A DNA stretch of 64,000 nt from Octopus sinensis (GCF_006345805.1 NC_043007.1:60326001-60390000); one strand, 5' to 3'; positions 1 to 13,144 are shown, counted from the stretch's first letter. Notes: generated from the sequence alone by a model not told the origin. Numbers and translations are program-made.

Positions 1-604
1 AATGACATCTACCTGATCTATGTGCCCCACATGGTTGTCTGAATTTGGTACAGATTATCTGCATTATTACATACTTAATTCAAAATTGAAATTTCTAGTG
101 AAGCCTATATATCTTGTAACAGCTAATTCCAATTATGCTCATCAAGTTGACTAGAAAAACTTGGTTTCTACAAGCCATCTAACTCCTGTCAGATACAATG
201 AACATTACTCTATGCTAGTTATTTATGGTGTAAGGCCAGTCCAAGCTGAAGTGGCAAATAGGTATCTGTGGTTCAAGAAAACTGCTTTATTCCAGTTGAT
301 GCATCTACCAACTATAACCCAAACACTTAGGTGGTAAAGTGTATATTATTTTGTAGATCAACAAGAACTTGTATATCGATTGTGAAATTTGTTAACTCTG
401 TTTTTAATAAGTTCTAATTATAATTTTTTTATGGTTTTCATTTCATTGTTTTAATTAACTTTATAAGTAATAACCAATGTGAAATTGAAACCTGAAATAT
501 CTAATATTGTAATCGTTTAAAGTAAAAATAAACAAATAGGATTCATATTTTAATTTACCCAGTAGATAATAATAAAAAAATTTATAACATGCTTATCAAA
601 ATAC

Positions 605-955
605 ATAAATGCTAACCATGTGATTTTGGGTTTAGACGCACTGTGGGGTACTTTGGGGAAGTGTTTTCTGCAATAACCCCAGGCCAACCAAAGTTTTGTG
701 AATGGATTTGTTAGATAGGAACTGAAAGAAGCCTTTCACATGGATGTATTGTTTCTTTGATGGTATGTGATAGTTATAAACAAGCATCACCATCATACAA
801 GCAGCATCTTCCATTTCCAATCTACTTCACGAGAAATTGATATTACTTTGTTTGGAAGCAGCTGGGAGTTGTAACAAGAACATCCAGCTGCAGATGATTT
901 GTCTCAATCAATTCCATTTGATTCTTACAGGCATTGAAAAGTGGACATTAAAACA
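605..955 (+). mobile_element. Decayed tRNA-derived SINE (head A with RTE-type 3' body D)
   Basis: Degenerate versions of the head, body and tail seen at 3665-4145. Confidence 0.7.
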
Positions 956-1044
956 GTGACTACTTAACCTTAGAAATAGTTATCCTTTATACCTTCTTCC
1001 AGTGATGGCTGCTGACAGTGTATTTTTTTCCAAATTGATTAACA

Positions 1045-1215
1045 CTAGCTTCTAAACTGGCCATATCTGGCTCGAATATTCTACATATTTCATGTTCAAA
1101 CTGGCCAGATCTGGTCACTCACACCTACCCTACAATGTTATTCTAAATGTAAACAATCATATCATCATAATTTTGAGGTTTCAAGATAATGTATGATTAA
1201 TTCAATATAATGTGT
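1045..1215. mobile_element. Partial copy of piggyBac-type MITE family 1
   Basis: Shares the ggccatatctggc..aatattctac..atgttcaaactggccagatctgg core with 57966-58185. Confidence 0.65.
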
Positions 1216-2224
1216 AATAATACAAAACTAAATGTACTTTGTTTCACATTATTAAATATGCTGTTGCAGATAAATGGCTGGGAGATCAACAGTCAAACAG
1301 AAAACCTATCACTCTGCATCACATTATTGTAGTGCCTGCATGGCACAATATGGTGACAGCAGTAAAACAAGATAAATATATTGAATCGAAAATAATCAGA
1401 TTACCTGCACATTATTATCATTAGACTTTGCTCAATGCTACCAATGTACCAGTATTATCACTGAACGTGACGTGACACAAAGCAAAAGAACAAGAAGAAA
1501 ACAGATACACAGTAACAAACTGCAGGAATACACATGTTTAGCTGGAGGTATTGCTACAAATTTATATACAAGACTATTGTTATCATATCAGTTACACAGT
1601 GCATGTTGTGCCACATAAAATAACCAAATCATGCAGTGTTGTATTGCACAAGAAAAACAACAATAATATGGCAACAGTTTGGTCTTGGCAATTTGGATAA
1701 ATTACACATTATAAATACTAGTACATGACCTGTTGTTTTATACCAGACCAAAATACATATTAGTTTACAAGTGTTTTATTTCCATATACATTATATACCA
1801 CAAACAGACAGACAGGAGATTTCAATAATTAAACAGTGTCTTTGTATGCAATATTTTTACTGAATTTAACACTTTCCTAATAGTAATGCCTGCAAAATCC
1901 TCTTCATTCATGACAAACTGTTCAATAATGAAATTCATTTCAAGATGGCTATAACCTTACAATGGGTGGATGGATGAATGGATGGATTGATACATGGCAT
2001 TTCTTATTGCAGAGAAAGTAACTTATCAAAATTTAACAAATACTTATCAGTAAGTTTTAAGATAAATTTAAAGTACAGATTCATAATTTTTTTTCCATTT
2101 TGTAACACTTATTTTTAAAGGAAAAAATTTTCTGTTTTCAAAAGAGGAAGTTTAATTCCTTTAATGACCATGTTGAAGAATATATATGAGCCTGTATACA
2201 TACAGACATACAGAGGAAGACTGT

Positions 2225-2360
2225 GAGAAATGGGGTGGGGGTGTATTGGGTGAGAGATTTAAATAAAAAAAACAGTGATGGCACTCTGCCACTGCATCAC
2301 TGCTTGTCCTTGTGAAATTACGTTCTTCAGAGGAAACTGAAGTGGACAGAACCAGTGAGT
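2225..2360 (+). promoter_or_regulatory. Candidate upstream 5'UTR exon or promoter-proximal region of PMCA
   Basis: GGGGTGGGGG box at about 2232-2241, TTTAAATA at about 2258-2265, then an exon-like segment ending at CCA|gtgagt (donor 2355). A possible acceptor ttcttcAG ends at 2330, which would give a 24-nt exon. Confidence 0.3.
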
Positions 2361-3664
2361 TGTCTAGGTTATATACATACATTCAGAGGTGGGGGAGTTG
2401 CAAACCAAACCAGAAATTATGTTACAGGCAGATAGATTTCACAAAAATTATAATAATTTGCATAATAGATTTATATTATATAAATTCTCACATGCATGCT
2501 GTTCCACAAAATTTGTAAAGTCATTAAAAACTTATCAATAGCAAAAGACATTTATTCATAGGATCAGATCTGGAAGGAAGATTAAAGCTAGATGATTTTC
2601 TAGATCAAGATGAATGGATGGCTGGGCAGGGCAATAACGTAATAATTATGGTGGCATATGTAAAAAAAAAATGTATTATTTTCTTCATGAATTAATTTCT
2701 TTCATAACTATTCTATTTGTTTATGATGAAGAACATCAGAATCTCACTGAAAATGAATATTACATTGTTTCGACTGATTGGTACTGTAATAAAATAGATA
2801 GTCCTAACTTACTTGAATTGTATCCAAGTCATATATGGTCAGTATACTTAGCTTTATCTGTCTTATGCTTCTTATTGATCTTGTAGTTGGTATTGAGTAA
2901 GGAACAAAAATAAATATAAGAGAATACAAACATCATTCTATCCTATTGAAAATTAATATTTTGAGTATTTACTTGGTGCTTCTTTAGTGACATAAGAATA
3001 AACACAGATTACAGAATCATAGTTTAACCATTTGAAAATTCTTCGTCTACACAAGGAATGAATTAGAGCTAAAATTTTGTTTTTTCCAATTTTTTGAATT
3101 AATCAAGTATGGTTATATTTGATATACACTTACATTCCATGACATAATTGGGGAAAATTGTGGTCCAAAATCAACAAATATTATACAAATTAAAGCAAGG
3201 AATAGTTTCTCCACTTATGTAGTCATCCATCATCATTATCATGTCCTTTTCATTTCCTTGCTTGAGTGTTGAACAGGTATTGAAGTGTTTCAGCTTCTCT
3301 TCTATACCTTTGCTACAAAGGGTTTTCTCTACCTTGCAACAGTTACTATTCAATTTAAAAGCATTTTGCTGTCTTGTGTCTATGAGATATTGGTTTGCAA
3401 TGTATACTCTTGTCTATTATAACCACAGATGTCTCTTAGAATCTATGTTATGTGTCATAACTTAGCAATAAGAAAGTTTTTTTTTATTTGTTTAGTAATC
3501 ACTGATTAAAAAAAAACTAGACTCCCTTTAAACAATTATTTAAATATTTACTGAAGCTAGCACTCAAAACTACTAATCTAATCAGTATGACAAAAACAAT
3601 AGGACCTAGTATTTTGGTATATATTGGATGGAGAAGTTATGGTGGTAGTACACAATAAGGATAT

Positions 3665-3821
3665 GAGGAGAGTTTATATGTTTTAGTGCTTCCCAGCACA
3701 AGGTATTAGGTTCAATCCCATTTCATAGCACTATAGGCATGTCTTCTACTATAACCCTTAGCTGACCAAAACCTTGTGAGTGGATCTGGTAGATGAAAAC
3801 TGTGGAAGCCCATCATATAAC

Positions 3822-3878
<57 letters not shown>

Positions 3879-4145
3879 TAAGCAATAAGGGTTTATACAT
3901 GTGTCTGTACTATGTTTGTGTCTCCTTGACATTATGTGATATTTGTAAATGAGTGTCACTGTCATACAAGCAACATCATTCATTTCCAATATTCTGTGAA
4001 AACATCTCTGGGCATGGAAAATTATTCCCTTAGTTGGAAACAGGTATGGGTTGGTGACAGCAAGGGTATCCAGCTGTAGAAAATTTGCCTCATTAAATTC
4101 CATCTAAATCATGCAATCATGAAAAATGAACTTTAAAACAAATGT
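3665..4145 (+). mobile_element. tRNA-derived SINE: head A, (TA)n, RTE-type 3' body D
   Basis: B-box-like GGTTCAATCCC, then gtgagtggatctggtagatgaaaactg, (TA)n at 3826-3877, then ...gggttggtgacagcaagggtatccagctgtagaaa...catgcaatcatgaaaa tail. Confidence 0.85.
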
Positions 4146-4599
4146 TTGTGTGTGTGTGTGTGTGTGTATATATTCCAGATAAAGGGGAATAAAGTATGAC
4201 TACATTGGTTGTCACTAATCGACACGAATCCTTTTCATGTGTTCATGCACACACGCGAACATGTTCTCTGCTTTTTATAGAAAATTTGTGATAATGGAAA
4301 GTCAACATGATTCTGTGAAGCTGACTTTATATAAACAAACAGGGATATTTTATTTCACATGGATATTTGCTTTTGTTTTTCCCCATTTTACAGCACTTAA
4401 TGAAAAGAAAGCTATTATATGATATATATATATTTCAGCACAAATACTATTTTCTACAATTCTATTTAAACAGGGTTTTAGTTCAGTTTTCATTTTAGCT
4501 CATGTTTTGGTATTGAGATATTTTTGATATAGGAAAGCTGCATTTACTTATTAAGGAATGTATTTGAAAATTCTATCTAAATAATGTAATCCAGTGTAA

Positions 4600-4765
4600 T
4601 AAATTGCTTGTGTGGTTAAGAAGTTTGCTTCCCTACCACATAGTTTCAGGTTCAGTCCCACAGCATGGTACCTTAGGCAAGAGTCTTCTTTTATAGACTC
4701 AGGAAGACCGAAACCTTGTGAGTGAATTTGGTAGATGGAAACTGAAAGAAGCCCATGTGTGTGTA
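4600..4765 (+). mobile_element. SINE head A copy
   Basis: gtgtggttaagaagtttgcttccctaccacatagtttcaggttcagtccca...ggtagatggaaactgaaagaagccc. Confidence 0.8.
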
Positions 4766-5932
4766 TTTATATTTGTGCTTTATGAAAGTTACTTGCTCTG
4801 AGCAGTGTTGTTGTTGTTGTTATCTGTTAGCAAATTGTCCATTTGCTTTACACCTTCAAAAGTGCATAAAATAAGAGAACCCTTACTTGAAAACAAGTAA
4901 GGTTTAGTGACAGGAAGGGCAAACAATACCTCAAATAGTATAAATGAGTAACACATGTTAACATGGAAATACACATAAGACAACATACAAGGTTAGCATT
5001 TTCTGGAATTTGATAGAATTTTATTTTCTCAAGTTTATTTACTGAAGCAGTTGTATAGGGTTACACTTACAACTATTATCAATTACAAATAGAATTGAGA
5101 AGATATCCCATGTCATAATTGTTGTAATAGAGCGCCCAAACAACTGTAATTTCTTGGTGCTTTAACATTGTTGCAAGTTAATTAAAACAATTATTTCAGT
5201 TTTGATTTAGGTCATAGATCTGTTTGATTGGAGCCAAGATGGTATCTAAACAATGACAGATACATTTACCATTATGTAAAGATATATCAAGTTTATGTTG
5301 AAGCTAGTAATCAAGTAGCATGTGTATGTGTGTGTGTTGGAATTTAATGCAGTCTCTGCATCATTATCTAAGTTGTGGTACATAAGTGTATATTATTATT
5401 ATTATTACTACTACTACATGGGCTGTGAGATGGTTCATAAAACAGAAAATTAGTTCAAATCCTGCTGCACTATGGATCCAAACACTTGTTATTCCCTGTT
5501 CTCTATTTCAATTAATTTACATGATCCAATGGAATCTAATATCATATTTCCATTTTCCATGCTGGTAATTCTAGCCACTTTACAGAGTGTACTGGATGCA
5601 TTTTATCCTGTTACCAACACTAGAGATTTAATTGACTAAACCTCTCTCCCAATTTTCAGGTCTTGTGAAAGCATCAAATAAAATGCCTTGCAGTATTTAG
5701 TTCCGGCTTTTTTTTTTCTCCAATCTTGCCAAACTTTACCTTTTATCCTTTCCAGCTCAATAAATTTATTACCAATCAAGTGCTGGGGAATGATGTAACT
5801 GTCTGACCCTGGCCTTTCAAAATTGCTGGTTTTGTGCCTAAATTAAAAACCATTGTTATTGTTTATTTGTTTTAAAGACTTCAAGAGTGAATTATAATGA
5901 TTAAATATTTTCCTCTTTCTCTTTTGTTCTAG

Positions 5933-5961
5933 TGTTGGACATTACGCTATAGGCTGCAATC
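5933..5961 (+). other. ATP2B: 5'UTR part of the first coding exon of PMCA
   Basis: Pyrimidine tract tttcctctttctcttttgttctAG ends at 5932, 29 nt before the ATG. This implies a non-coding exon further upstream. Confidence 0.7.
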
Positions 5962-6124
5962 ATGGGGGATGAGGTTGACGGCCACCCACCTGAATATGGG
6001 ATAACACTTGAGGAGTTACGGGATTTAATGCAAATAAAAGGTGCTGATGCTGTAGAAACAATTAGCAAAAAATACGGTGGTGTATTGGAAATTTGTAAAA
6101 AATTGTATACTTCAACAAGTGAAG
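5962..6124 (+). CDS. ATP2B: PMCA coding exon 1 (N-terminus)
   Basis: Encodes MGDEVDGHPPEYGITLEELRDLMQIKGADAVETISKKYGGVLEICKKLYTSTSE(G), matching the PMCA GITLxELRxLM...YGGV..ICxxLxTS pattern. Donor GAAG|gtaaat, phase 1. Confidence 0.95.
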
Positions 6125-6269
6125 GTAAATTTAATTTCTATTTTTCTATGATGATTATGATTTTAAAAATATTCATTTTCAGAAGATAGACCTTTCATAT
6201 TGAAATTCAATCTTACTATTTCACATGTCTTTTTTCAGTCTTTAAATATCATAAGTGTAGACACAGTAT

Positions 6270-6890
6270 AAGTGAATGGTTTGCAACTATGAGGTCTAGG
6301 ATTTGATCCAACTATTTGGCATTTTGGGCAAATGCCATTTTCAGTAGCCTCAGGTTGACATGTATCTTGTGAATGAAACTAGGTTGAAGGTAACTGTATA
6401 GAGACCTATCTGGTGAATTATACCTGTAAACACTATATCATGCTGATTCTGTCTGAGAATTATGCTAAGGGTACACATATCTGTGGAGTACTCAGCCACT
6501 TTCATATTAATTCAGGAACAGGTAGCTGAGTTGATTGAAACCACTGAATTGCCATTATCAGATGACAGAGACCTACTACAAGTATATTACAGGTACCATT
6601 CATTGACAACAAGTAGCACTTTTCACCCAGCATATGTCATCCATTCACATGGTATTATCATTACCAGAGTGCAAGGCAGCAAGCTGGCAGAATTGTTAAC
6701 ATGTCAGGCAAAATGCTTAGCAGTATTTCGTCCATCATTACGTTCTAAGTTCAAATTCCACCAAGGTCAACTTTGCCTTTCATCCTTTTGGAGTCAATAA
6801 ATTAAGTACCTGTGAAACACTGGGATCAATGTAATCAACTAGTTCCCTCCCATAAAATTTCAGGCCCTGTGCCTTTAGCAGAAAGAATTA
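6270..6890 (+). mobile_element. SINE cluster: head A (about 6270-6420), intervening repeat, family C SINE (about 6670-6890)
   Basis: ggcagcaagctggcagaattgttaacatg...ttctaagttcaaattccaccaaggtcaactttgcctttcatcctttt matches the family C copies at 13145-13960. Confidence 0.75.
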
Positions 6891-6929
6891 TTATTACCAG
6901 AATTCCTCTTACCTACATACATCAGCTGA

Positions 6930-7830
6930 TTCTTTAATATCCAGTTCACTTGTCCTCTGCCTTGCACATCCAATGTATCATATTTGATTAAGTTTCCTTT
7001 CTGCTCTCTTCACAATCTCTATAATCAGTGCCAATCTCTCACTATTTCTGTACCTTCACTTGCCTACATGTCCTTCATACAGTCTATCTTTTTATACATA
7101 CATACAGGGTAAGCTTTAATTACTAACAGAATAGCACCTATCTGAACATCTTTCATATCTTCTTGTAACCTCTACAACATTCTCACTACAATCAGATCAG
7201 TACTAAATAAGTGATTTATATATTCCATCAAGCAAGCTATCTAAGCAATTCATCAGCTTAATTGTGTACATGTTTCTGCTGCTAATTACTACTGTTAATG
7301 ACATCAGAAGTCTTGGTTCTCTGTCAGTCTGCCAGAGATCTAACTGCAACATTCATTTACCCATTGAGTGCTCACTATTAAGTCCCTTCCTATTCCCTCC
7401 TATTAAAATCACTTCTCAAATGCATTAAGATATTGTGTTCTCATTTAGTTAAGTCTTTACCATGTTGACCTTTAAGTTTTAGGGCTCCCAAACATTTTTC
7501 AAGTTTGGAAATTTTTTTCTACAACTCTTCAACAGATTCTGCAGTGGAACACCCATCTTTAACATGTAAAAAAAAACTCTTGTATTATTGATCAAAAATT
7601 ATAATGAAAAGATGGGGTCTAAGAACAGAGCCTTAGATAAACTCATTTATGATCAATTCTTGACAATTCTACACTTATTTACACCAACTTTATAGACATC
7701 TTCAGCTGTATTCTCAAGCTAATCATCTCTACCTAACATTCATAGCTTCTAACAAAGTAGAAAGCATGATACTGTCAAAGGCAACTAAAGACATGTCAAT
7801 TTGTTTTTAGTTAACTCCCTTTGCAGCTGT
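6930..7830 (-). mobile_element. Highly decayed RTE-clade LINE reverse-transcriptase fragment
   Basis: Minus-strand remnants of LQEK..KNK...AFD, QGSVLSP and AESVEELxKKF...LKVNMVKT, broken by many stops and frameshifts. Confidence 0.65.
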
Positions 7831-7959
7831 CACACATTGAAGACATCTATATATCCATAACCATATCTTGGAAAACTTCACTGCAACTCTCTCAGCTAAT
7901 TTTAATAGATGCCTGGCCATACTGAAGAAGACCCATACCCTGCAGCAAAAGTCTTAAGA

Positions 7960-8240
7960 CTGATCCTTCTGGCTACATAAAGTGCCCGTGTAGTGCCAAG
8001 TAGAAGCACCCATGCAGCAATACATAAAAGAGCCCATGCAGCAACATGTAAAAGCACCCATGTAGTATCACACAAAAGCATCTATGCAGTGCCACGTAAA
8101 GACATCCAGCACACTATGTTAAGTGGTTGGTTTTAGGAAGGGCATCCAGTTGTAGAAACCATGCTAAATGAAACTTGAGTCTGGTGAAGCCCCCTGGCTT
8201 GCCAGTATGGACAATGGGCTTTAAATTATGATGATGATGA
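7960..8240 (+). mobile_element. RTE 3'-tail-type short repeat with a ~21-bp internal tandem
   Basis: About 5 imperfect units of GTGCCACGTAAAAGCACCCAT, then ggttggttttaggaagggcatccagttgtagaaa and an (ATG)n tail. Confidence 0.75.
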
Positions 8241-8959
8241 CAGTACCTGATGATTTCTACATAAGTGTTTATTTGTGAAGTACCTGTAGTTTTCCCTACT
8301 TTCATCTCCTTAATTGCCTTAGTAACAATGTAAAGAATAATCTGTATAGCTGGCTCTTCTGTTACTTTTGTCTCAGGGAGAATTTTACTACACCATTCAT
8401 ATTCAAATGTTACTGAGGTTTTAAGGAGACATTTCAAAGAGAATCCTTAATATCTGCATATTTACAAATTTATATTAGATTTAAATTATTATTTTATATT
8501 TATTATAGAATATTTTTCCAATAAATTCTAAGGCTCTGTGCATGTCCTATCTCACTATAAGAACCCAATAAATTTGATTTCTTACACACATAATTTCTGT
8601 ATTAATAACAACTCCCAGAATACATATCTCCAGTACAGCCTTCAAACTAGTATTGGATCTCCTTCCCAAAATAACATTGAAATGAGAACTTAGAAATTGA
8701 TAGAGGTAAATAATAATGCAGTTAGTTTCTGTATCTAAAGAAAAGTCAATGCTCCTGTCCTTTGCAAGCCATTCTAAACTCAGGAGAGACTAATACCATC
8801 ACTGTTTCTCTTATATTGTTGCAAGTCAACAAAGATATAAGCAGGGAGGGAAGAACTGAGTGAAAGACTGAGAAATAGACACAGCATAGGTGATGAGATA
8901 AAACAACAATGGATTCAGAAATTTCCACATGGATGTGACTTGATCTCCTATATACAATA

Positions 8960-9360
8960 TACAGCTGTCACTGAATGATAATAGTTTTGCTATTAAATAA
9001 ACAATGTACACCTATCATTCAATAGTGATGAGTTTGTTACTATCAACAATGTACCCTATTACTCAAATATGCTAGTTTTGCTGTGATATATATCAGTCAA
9101 TGGTGAAATTCTTGCTAGTAAATATATTTGCTACTACATAACAATGTACACTAATGATGATAGTGTTCCTATGCACCTCTTACTTATTGATGAAATTTAC
9201 CACTATATAACAATGTATATCTCACTCGATAGTAGTTTTACTATGATCATATCACTGAACAGTATTGTTTTTACCTATTACATAAACTGTAACCACTATC
9301 TTTCAATGGTACCAGTTTTCCTACTATAAACAATATACACATGTCATTCAAATGTGATAG
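8960..9360. repeat. Degenerate ~45-bp minisatellite, continuing at 9897-10025 and 11625-11860
   Basis: Recurrent unit close to ACTATATAACAATGTACACCTGTCACTCAATGATGATAGTTTTGCT. Confidence 0.65.
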
Positions 9361-9623
9361 CTTTGCTGCTGTTTCCCCTTTCAAGTCCTTCATCCATCTG
9401 TGCACATTACTCTTATCAATGATGTCATCACCATAAACAAGCCTTCTGTGGATGTTAGACCCACCTGTATCACTCCTTTGTCAAAAACTCAGTGACAGCA
9501 CATTGCTTCTGTTTAGCATATTAAATTAATGCATAACATCTTCATTAACACTGCCATTGAATTTAGGACATTTACATTAGTTATGAAATTTCTATATTTT
9601 TCAGCTACAGTGTAGTTAGGTCT

Positions 9624-9896
9624 CAAGGGGGTGGTACAAACCTAGCAATATGTGTTTTATAGTGGAAACAAAATTTCCATTCAAATGGTAATTACCAGAT
9701 GATTTTCTGTTCAAGTCTAACCATTTTAAGTCATAGTAGAAATGTGACCTGTCGCAAGTAGGCATACAAACATTGTATAACTTTTATAATTGAAAAATTT
9801 ACTATATTTTGTACATATGAGTATATCAGCCTGCAGGCAAAATAAAATGGGCTTGTGGGTGCAATTGCACCTGTGGGCGGGGTTTCCGCACCCCTG
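9624..9896. mobile_element. Possible hAT-type MITE
   Basis: Right end reads CAGGGGTGCGGAAACC on the minus strand; left end is caagggggtggtacaaacc. No 8-bp TSD found. Confidence 0.35.
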
Positions 9897-10029
9897 ATGT
9901 ACACCTGTCACTCAATTATGGTAGTTTTTGCTCTGATAAGCAATGTTTACTTTTTGCTCAATAATATTAGCTTTGCTATTTTGTACTGTACACTTGTACT
10001 CAAATATAGTTTTGCTACTATAAATATGG

Positions 10030-11628
10030 TGATCACTTAACATCTATGTTCCATGCTGGCATGGGTTGGCTGGTTTGACAGGATCTGACAGGTCCATTGT
10101 CTACATTGGAATGGCTTCTGCAGCAGGATGCACTTCCTAATGCCAACCAACTTACAATGTGTACTGGATTTTTCATTTTTATACTACCAGCTCGAGCAAG
10201 GTACATGCAAGACTACAAATCCCAAGACAGTGATTTAATTTAGATGAGGGGTTTAAATTATGAGAGAAATATGCCAGAGTAAAACAGGTTTCTTATCATG
10301 GAGGGAGTCACAACTTAAAGGAGAGGGTAGGTGTGAGCAGGGTGGATCAAGGGAGAGATAAAATAGTGGTGATGAGGCATTAATGTAGACCCTCAAGTTT
10401 CAAGGTGAGAATAAGTAAATTGGAGAAGAACCAAGAGTGAGTTGGGATGAGGTTGCTACAAGTAGAGTGAGTGATAAATATGGAAGGAAGGGAAGAGTAT
10501 GTGGCAACTGTAGAGATTGGATAGGTGTGGGGTGGGTGTAGTGAATGATGGATCAGAATGAGGCTGACAAAATTTTGCATGGAGTGAAGAGTAGCAGAAT
10601 AGTAATGATGATGCAATAGACAAGGAAAGAATGAGAGAGAAAGAGAGGGATAGTTAGCAAGCATATGAGAAGGTGGCAAGAGTGTAGGGATAGAGAAAGG
10701 CAGGCATAGTGCATGGAGAGAGTGAGAGACATATGGATATCAAGTGAAATGATTCCAGGTAGTGAAAAAGCTTAGTGGTATCAAAGAAAAGCTGCAGTTA
10801 GAGAGATGATGGGTGGTAGGAGTGTCTTGGTGAGGAAATTTGTGCAAAGGGTTCAGTTTTGAATGTATCTGTATACACACATGCACAGCATTTCCAGGAC
10901 TTAGTGTTGTTGAGTTGGGTGAGTTCTTCTCAAAAACTGCATATAATCATTGGTCATCCTACTCTCTTCTCATCTTCTCCATGATATTCAAGGTCCTGGT
11001 ATCAGTCTTTACCACTTCCCTGCATGTCCTCCTGTGTCTTCCTCTTCTGCAAGTTCCCTCCAAGAGATTGGCACTTCTTTTTACACCTGTTTTCCTCCAT
11101 ATACATTTCAAGTCCATATCACTGCAATTTTCTTTCTTGCATACATCTGATTCTTTTATGCCCAGTTTTTCCTGAACACATTTGTAATATGTCTTTCATG
11201 TGCATTTACTTTGCACAGTTCAAGTTTTCTATATTCAAAGTCCATATTTCACTACCATGAAGCATCACACTTCTAACACATGTCATACAATCTGCCCTTC
11301 ACTCTGAAAGAAAGCACTTTTGTTGTTCAACAGCAGCAGTAGAAGCTCCCTGGACATTTTCCAACCTGTTCTTACCCTGGCTACTATACGTTCAACATAT
11401 GAGTTCATACCTGATCCTTTCCTCCAGATCAAGCAAAGCTGTTTCCCTGAAGATAGCAGGGTCCTGTCTTCTCTCCATACTAAAACCTCAGTTTTTACTA
11501 AGTTTTCCTTGAAGTCTCTCAATTCTAGGTTTAGCTTCAATGCCTGGAATTTCCTCTCCAAATTCCCCTTTAGATTCAGGCATGAGAATTATGTCATTAG
11601 CAAATAGAAGTTCCTATGGAGAGCAATG
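10030..11628 (-). mobile_element. 5'-truncated, decayed RTE-clade LINE (RT C-terminal part, 3'UTR, terminal tail)
   Basis: Minus strand gives CSP*ELLFANDI (decayed PWELLYADD), ERKFQALKLNLE..VKTEVL, IVARVRTGWKMSRELL, GRLYDMCVRSVMLHGSEIW and EGTCRRGR. A long 3'UTR ends in CCAACCCATGCCAGCATGGAACATAGATGTTAA. Confidence 0.88.
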
Positions 11629-13144
11629 TTACTGTTACTACTATATATCTGTCACTCAGTTTTGCTTATTGATAATGGTTTTGCTCAATAATGATAGTTT
11701 TCCCGCTATAAACAGTGTATACCTGTCACTTCTAACACTAGTTTATCAACTATAACTATTCAATTGTCACTCATGATGGTATTTTTGCTACTATATAACA
11801 GTGTACTCCTGTCACTCAATGATTATAATTTTACTACTCTATAACAATGTTCTCACAAGGTAGTATATAACAAATGTCATTTAAATCAAACCAAACAGAA
11901 GATATAAGATAAATTCAGATTTGTTGTTTGTGCCTGATATACCAAATATACAAATTAGTTAAAGTATCTATCTCACTTGGGTTCTGGTATGTGATTGATT
12001 TAAATAGAGATTATCTTAAGTTCACCTTGTGAGCAGAAGAATGAGGGGTAGTTACCATCTGACAAGGGGGTCAACCAGCTATGAAGCATGTATGATGATT
12101 TCCTTTATTCTCTACGAAGAAAATAAAAGATGTGTTTACATCTGTTTACACAGATTGTGTGTTAAAAACTCATTTAACTACATTAAATTTATCTTAGATT
12201 TTCTAATACATGCTTTGTTGTGTATAAAATATTTCAGTATTTATTATAATCTTAATATTAAAAATGATGGAAAGCATATCTAAAGGCAAACTCTCAATAA
12301 AATGAAATTGAGCGATCTTGAAGATAATGTTGAAATTTATATGTTATTAAGCTACAGTACAGTACACTTTTTAAAATTTGGCACTCTACTTTAAGATTTA
12401 TTGTGAAAGATTGAAACATTAACTTTCATCTTGTGTGGGTGTAAGGAACAAAAAGAAAAGACATGGACTTTATAAGCCACATGAAGGCAACCCCTCTAAT
12501 AGAGCAGTAATTCTGAATACAAAGCAAACTGATAAAGAATAGAATGGACACTGACACATTATTCCTATCGCAGGCAATCTCTCTAGTACTTGTGATATAA
12601 GGTGCACCCAGCTTTAAATCTATGCCAAAAAGTAACATGACCTGCATGATGATAGAATAAAAAAAAGCAGCATGGCAGAGATGTTGTAAAGCCTATCCAA
12701 CTCATACCAACATGACGTGATAAAATAAATGTAAAATCGTGATATTGTTGATAATGGTGTCAGATTTGCATGGCAATGGTTGTATGGTTTGCAATATAAC
12801 ATGATTTTGCTATAGGGAATACATCCCACTTCAGGCTATACCTATGGTAAGATTCAGGCATAACATAGGTTATACAAATGCTCTCACAATTTTTCTCCAC
12901 ATTACCTACTTGGACACTGTAAAACTTGATGATGGAGGGGAACATCAACTGTTCGAAAATACCACTTTATTCTATTTCATTTTATGTGTGGTGGAGAGAG
13001 AGAGAGAGACTGTGTGAAATTTTGATATTAAGTACAATACTCTTTTTATTGAAATTATCTTTGATTAGATAATAAAATAGCTTTAATGAGTATATATCAC
13101 TTCAATGAATATATTATTATTATTATTATTATTATCATCATCAT

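Noticed and set aside
1468-1475. CRE-like TGACGTGA (also about 12713)
   Set aside because: An imperfect 8-mer with no promoter context; expected by chance.
3712-4103. ORFs with IYIYIY/CVCVCV/HTHT runs (also 56197-56530 and 60012-60279)
   Set aside because: Translations of microsatellites, not genes.
7985-8110. Regularly spaced ~21-bp repeats (CRISPR-like look)
   Set aside because: No unique spacers, eukaryotic context and no cas genes; an internal tandem of a retroposon tail.
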